Shown here one piece after another: positions 59,458 to 64,000 of a DNA stretch of 64,000 bases (position 1 is the stretch's first letter; each line of letters begins with the position of its first letter). A model generated the notes under the pieces. That model was not told the origin of the DNA, made no database searches, and saw only the letters and a list, made by a program, of their open reading frames with translations. Where the stretch lies: positions 48,548,001 to 48,612,000 of the forward strand of contig NC_045696.1 in NCBI RefSeq assembly GCF_009834535.1, given 5' to 3'. Source of the DNA: Camelus ferus. Lineage: Eukaryota. Made by a program: the position numbers and the translations under genes.

Positions 59458-62172
59458 CCATGTATAAGAGCCATAAATGTATATCCCATAATATTCTGCT
59501 CTCATCCATTTTTTTTCTCTTTCCCAGGGTAAAAAAAAATGTTTGATCTTTATCTTACTTTGCTTTACATACTTGGACTCTTTATAGAAATCTGATTAAG
59601 TTCAAAGTTGTCATATTTTGATTTATCTTACACAGAGAGAGGTACGTTAAGCTGGCCCCTTGCTAGAGTATTCAACAGCATCCATTCGGTAGGCAGCTTC
59701 TGATTCCCTTTTGTATAGCAGACAAAGTGCTCAGCCTTAGAGATACAGAACATAAATGCCAGGAGTTCTGCATCTCCTGCAGCCTCGTCAGGCTCAGAGC
59801 ACCAAGGAGAACATCAGATGAAAGTGATCACAAATGTAGTAACAACCATACCCACTTACATGGCACCTTCTGTGTGCCAGGCACTATGCTAAGTGCTTAA
59901 GCGTGTTAATGTATTTAACAGAAAAGACGATAATCCTGAGATTGTGAATTTAACTCTACCCATCTGGACATCTCGCAGACTTTATCACACAGACTGTCTT
60001 CGCGTAAGATCTCTACCCACATGACTTGGCTATCCTGGAATTTTCCAGATCTTGAAAAGTAAGTTGTACAATTTTAGTAATAGACCTGATTCCTAAACAT
60101 CTTAGGTTTTTTGGAATACACTCATTCCCCTCTCTGCAGAACACTGTGGAACACGCACTGTAGCAAGGCCAAGGAGAGGATAATCATTAGATAACACATT
60201 TGAGGACCTCTTCTGCTTCATAAGAAAAGTTGTAATTGTTTTTCCCCAATGGCAGATCTAAAAAAAAGTTTTCCCTTCATTTCACCTAAAAATTCTTAAA
60301 AGTCCTTACCTTAAAAGTCCGTTTTAATGGTCCTTGATCTGTGCAACTAGAGCCTAGGGATTTAGCCCTGGCTCTCTACTAACTAGCTGCTGTGGGTAGC
60401 CACTCTGAGTATGACTGTCTTCATTGGAAATATCAGGGTTTTTTACAAAATGTTCTCTTCCAGCTCTAAGTCAGTCATTAGCCTATTTCTTGCTACTGAA
60501 GATAAAAAGTTTGGCTGAGAATTTCAAGTTAAAGCCCCTTTTGAAACACTATCCCTGATTTAACTTTTAGCTCAGTGATTTTCTGAGGGCTTTCACTGGT
60601 ATAGAGAAAAAGATTATTTCTGAATTACGAAATGCCATGAGAATAATCTGCATCCACTCAGTGCATACACCACTGCACAGCTCCCCCGATGAGCCAACAT
60701 TTCACACGTGCCATGATTGCTCTGTTTTAATGTAGCTTCCCTATATCACTGCTTTCTGAATATAATAACACCATCATCATTAATTATAATTACATCTAAT
60801 ATGCCAGCTGGTGATTATTTTTCCTTCTTCATTCTTGACTTTTTTATTTTTTAGATTTTTTTCTTTTTAAATTAACCTTCCCATCTACGATATATTTAAA
60901 ACTTATAATAGTCTTATTGCAAAACATCTTTATGAGTTCTGCTTTCAGGGAGACACGTGCGTTAAGAGTAAAGAAAATCAAAACCGTCCTGTTTCTACTG
61001 CTTGAATCTCATTGTGGCACTTTAACTTCTGTTCAGACCAACCACTCCTTAAAGTATTTCTTTCGCTCTCATCCCAATAAAACCATACAAAGGGAATCCC
61101 CTCTTTAGTAAACCGGCTGTGCTTCAGAAGCCTTGTATGAAAGGCCACACTCTAATCTGCTGTCACTAAGGCAACTACATAACATTACTGTGGATGAGAA
61201 TCTGGCCAATTACACATTTTCACAGGCCTGCCGTTAAGTTTCAAGTAATTGCTCGATTCTTGCATAACATGAGCTATTAACATAGCTTATCGTGTAGCAT
61301 GGCAGTATTGAATTTCCGTCTGAGGGGTTATTTAATAATGGCATTGAAATAAAAAATGAAATCTGTAAACCCTGAGCAGTATCACTGCCTTTCCATGCTC
61401 TGCAGTCTGTAATAGGCTATTAGATAAAAGATAGTAATGTATTCTGGAAGAGCAGGCCCATTGACAATGAATAAAGGGCATGATTTTATTCTCACTTCAC
61501 AAAGAATGATGTCTGTATCTTAAAAGAATCGTAGTCTTCAAAAGCTTCCAGACTTATATCCTTTTACAGCTGGCATATAGCTCTTGACCTATACCATGTC
61601 TTAAGAAGGAAAGCCAGAAATATTTTAGAATATATAGAAAGATATCTAAGAACATAGATGCTTTGAAATGTTAAAAGCACTGAGACTTGTAAGGTAATAT
61701 TATTAACAACTATGTATCTAATGAAGAACAAGAAAGAACGGAAATATTTCTTTAATAATGTTCGTAAAATTTAGTATATATAATTTGAAAAGCTTTATTT
61801 TCCACTAATGGAATAAATATTTACTGTGCAAATGTTTTAAATTCTTAATCTTATATATGTGTCTATTTCTCAGTTATTCAAATATTTGATACTGGGCCAA
61901 TGTCTACATAAATATTGATAAAGTTTACTGTTTTAAATGCTCAAAAATAAATGCATCAGTAATCCTCAAAGGAGTTGGCTCTCCCTAATTTCTCTATGAT
62001 CAACCAAGCACTCCAGGGCAATGCAAATGGAATTTTCCACATCTCCAAGAGCCAGAGCCATCAGAGCCCAAGGCGCATACTCCAGTTCTGAGGCTGTTTT
62101 ACCCTTCAGCAAGTCTCTGTAAGAGGGAGTTTGAACAAAGACACTTTACTTTTGTTTGAAAATAGAAATGTA

Positions 62173-62492
62173 AAGAAAAATACCATATGATATCGCTTAT
62201 ATGTAGAATCTTAAAAAAAAAAAAAAAAGACACAAATGAACTTATTTACAAGACAGAAAAAGACTCACAGACATAAAGAACAGATTCATGGTTACCAGGG
62301 GATAAACGGGGTGGAAAGGGATAATTTGGGAATTGAAAATTTGCACTTCTTGGGGAGTGATGGAAATGTCAGGTATCTTGATTGTGGCGGTGATTTCACA
62401 GGTGTATACATCTTTTAAAATTCATCAAATTGTACATCTGAAATATGTGTAGTTTACTGTACAGAAATCATACCACAATAAAGTTATTTTAA
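62173..62492 (+). mobile_element. Chimeric L1 3' end (young 3' UTR fused to L1M-type tail) with TSD
   Basis: Young-type sequence to ~62345, then ggagtgatggaaatgtcaggtatcttgattgtggcggtg…aataaagtt. TSD aaaatagaaatgta / aaaatagtaatata (12/14). Confidence 0.75.
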
Positions 62493-62678
62493 AAAATAGT
62501 AATATAGTTGTAAGTTACTATAGTGATACTCCAGTGACTTGTAAGGATTGAAAAGTGTCATGCGCTCCCTTTTTATACTGTTTATCCTGATCATTTAAAA
62601 TTCCTATCTGATGAAGGAAAAAAATCATTGAACACATCTAAAAAATTTAGCTAGTATTTGAAATATTGAGCAAGAAGC

Positions 62679-62702
62679 AAAAAAAAAAAAAAAAAAAAAA
62701 AA
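62679..62702. repeat. Poly(A) tract
   Basis: Run of 24 A. Confidence 0.95.
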
Positions 62703-63829
62703 GAAAGTGAAGAAACTTTCCATGCCCTTTACAGGTGCAGAAACAATTCTTGAGTGAGATAGTCCCCTTTGCTTTGCAAAAACCATTTGGAATCCTAAAT
62801 ATTGAATTCCACTACAGCGTAGTGATGTTGTTCAGTTGATGCTGCCACAGGACAAACTGCCTTCAACAGTTTGAAACAGCAAGTATTGGCAAGTCAGTGT
62901 TTTTAACTGGGTCTGAAGAAGCACATACATTGAAAGGAAAAGGACTATCTCGCTTATTTGAAGATAGACCATTGAGGTCGTCAGAACCCAGTCTAAGAGT
63001 CTGAAAACTAAACCTCATTAAAAAAACAAAGAGAGGCATTATTATGGCAACTGTTTTAAAACAAAAGAACGGTCTCTTTTTTTAAGGTGTCACACAGACT
63101 ACAAAATAAGAAAACTGGTTGACTGAGCAGAGAGGATCTGTCTGAATTTTAAAAGGAAAATTAAGCACAGAATCATGGTTTGCCCATCTGTCACAGCAAA
63201 AAATGTTATTTTAGCAGAGTAATGGAGACAATGACCTTGCTTCCATGCAAAACCTGGAGCGAGTTACTTTGTAAATTCAATCAGTTCCATTAACAGCCGC
63301 AACTACGAAAAGTTTGAAAATATATTCAACAAGCTTCTTGAAGTTGGCTGATCCATCTTAGACATAAACAGTGTATTTGGTCTGGAAATATCACATATAT
63401 TATGGATGCAAGGACAGAACAAAAGCAATTTTAACGGAAATGCTGAAAATGAAGATCTATTCGTTCTCTTGCTGTTTTAGCCTACAGCTGGGATATCCCA
63501 AATCTCCTGAAATACAGAATTTGTTCCAAGGCACTTTGTATAGGAAATAAGGAACTATTAATTTTCTTCTCCTTTCTTTCTTCTTCTTCTTTTTTTTTTC
63601 TTGGTGTCCACATAAAGGGTATTATTATCATAACCATCAAATTCACTGTAAAGGCTCATTTTAAGTATAAAGAACCAACTTTGAAAAAAATATACATACA
63701 TTCATGTATCACTCATCACACGATAAACTGCCTCTGTTCATCATAATAAACTGTTATGATTCAGAGAGGAATGTTTTTATTTTATAATGAGACACTTTTT
63801 AGAAATGACAATTGGCACAGATGTAATTC

Positions 63830-63950
63830 TGGGCGCTAATCCCAGCACTAGTACCAACTTGTTTCATTATATAGGAGAAAGTCAGTCTGCCTCTCTAGGT
63901 TTTGATTTCTTCATTTGTGAAAGCAAATTTAGCCAGGTGTTTTATCTAAG
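63830..63950 (+). mobile_element. MIR fragment
   Basis: ctgggcgctaatcccagcact…cctctctaggttttgatttcttcatttgtgaaa. Confidence 0.5.
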
Positions 63951-64000
63951 AAGAAACCAAATTTAGAATTTTGTATTTGTTTGTGGAACAAGTGGCCAGT

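Noticed and set aside
1..64000. Short ORFs of the six-frame track as protein-coding genes
   Set aside because: Many start at TTG/GTG, overlap repeats or low-complexity DNA, resemble no protein I recognise, and do not chain into a spliced CDS.
1..64000. CRISPR array, NUMT, rRNA, proviral gag/pol/env or horizontally acquired microbial DNA
   Set aside because: No regularly spaced repeat-spacer structure, long ORFs or compositional block consistent with these was seen.

Overview
Mammalian, AT-rich, non-coding DNA: a large intron or gene desert. It is most likely camelid, based on a tRNA-Ala-derived vic-1-like SINE, cetartiodactyl-type L1 3' UTRs, and no recognisable Alu, Bov-B, PRE-1 or SINEC elements. 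I found no supportable protein-coding gene, structural RNA gene or CRISPR array. The listed ORFs look like chance frames or L1 remnants. The window is a mosaic of transposon fossils (L1, L2, MIR, MaLR/ERV LTRs, hAT and mariner elements) and microsatellites, separated by unique blocks that look regulatory. I do not see a convincing new biological system. The most interesting items are: (1) a probable AmnSINE1 (Deu-domain) copy at ~26.5 kb next to a conserved-looking unique block, a class known for exaptation as enhancers; (2) two cases where old L1M sequence appears re-retrotransposed by younger L1 machinery (56.8 kb, 62.2 kb); (3) an MLT1A LTR with a GC/CpG excess suggesting GC-biased gene conversion; (4) a RUNX/ETS/TCF promoter-like module with splice donors at 35.9 kb; (5) a strong CTCF site beside a perfect hairpin at 49.2 kb; (6) several candidate exons. 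Repeat family names come from by-eye comparison with remembered consensus sequences and need RepeatMasker/Dfam confirmation. Boundaries are approximate unless a target-site duplication (TSD) is given.
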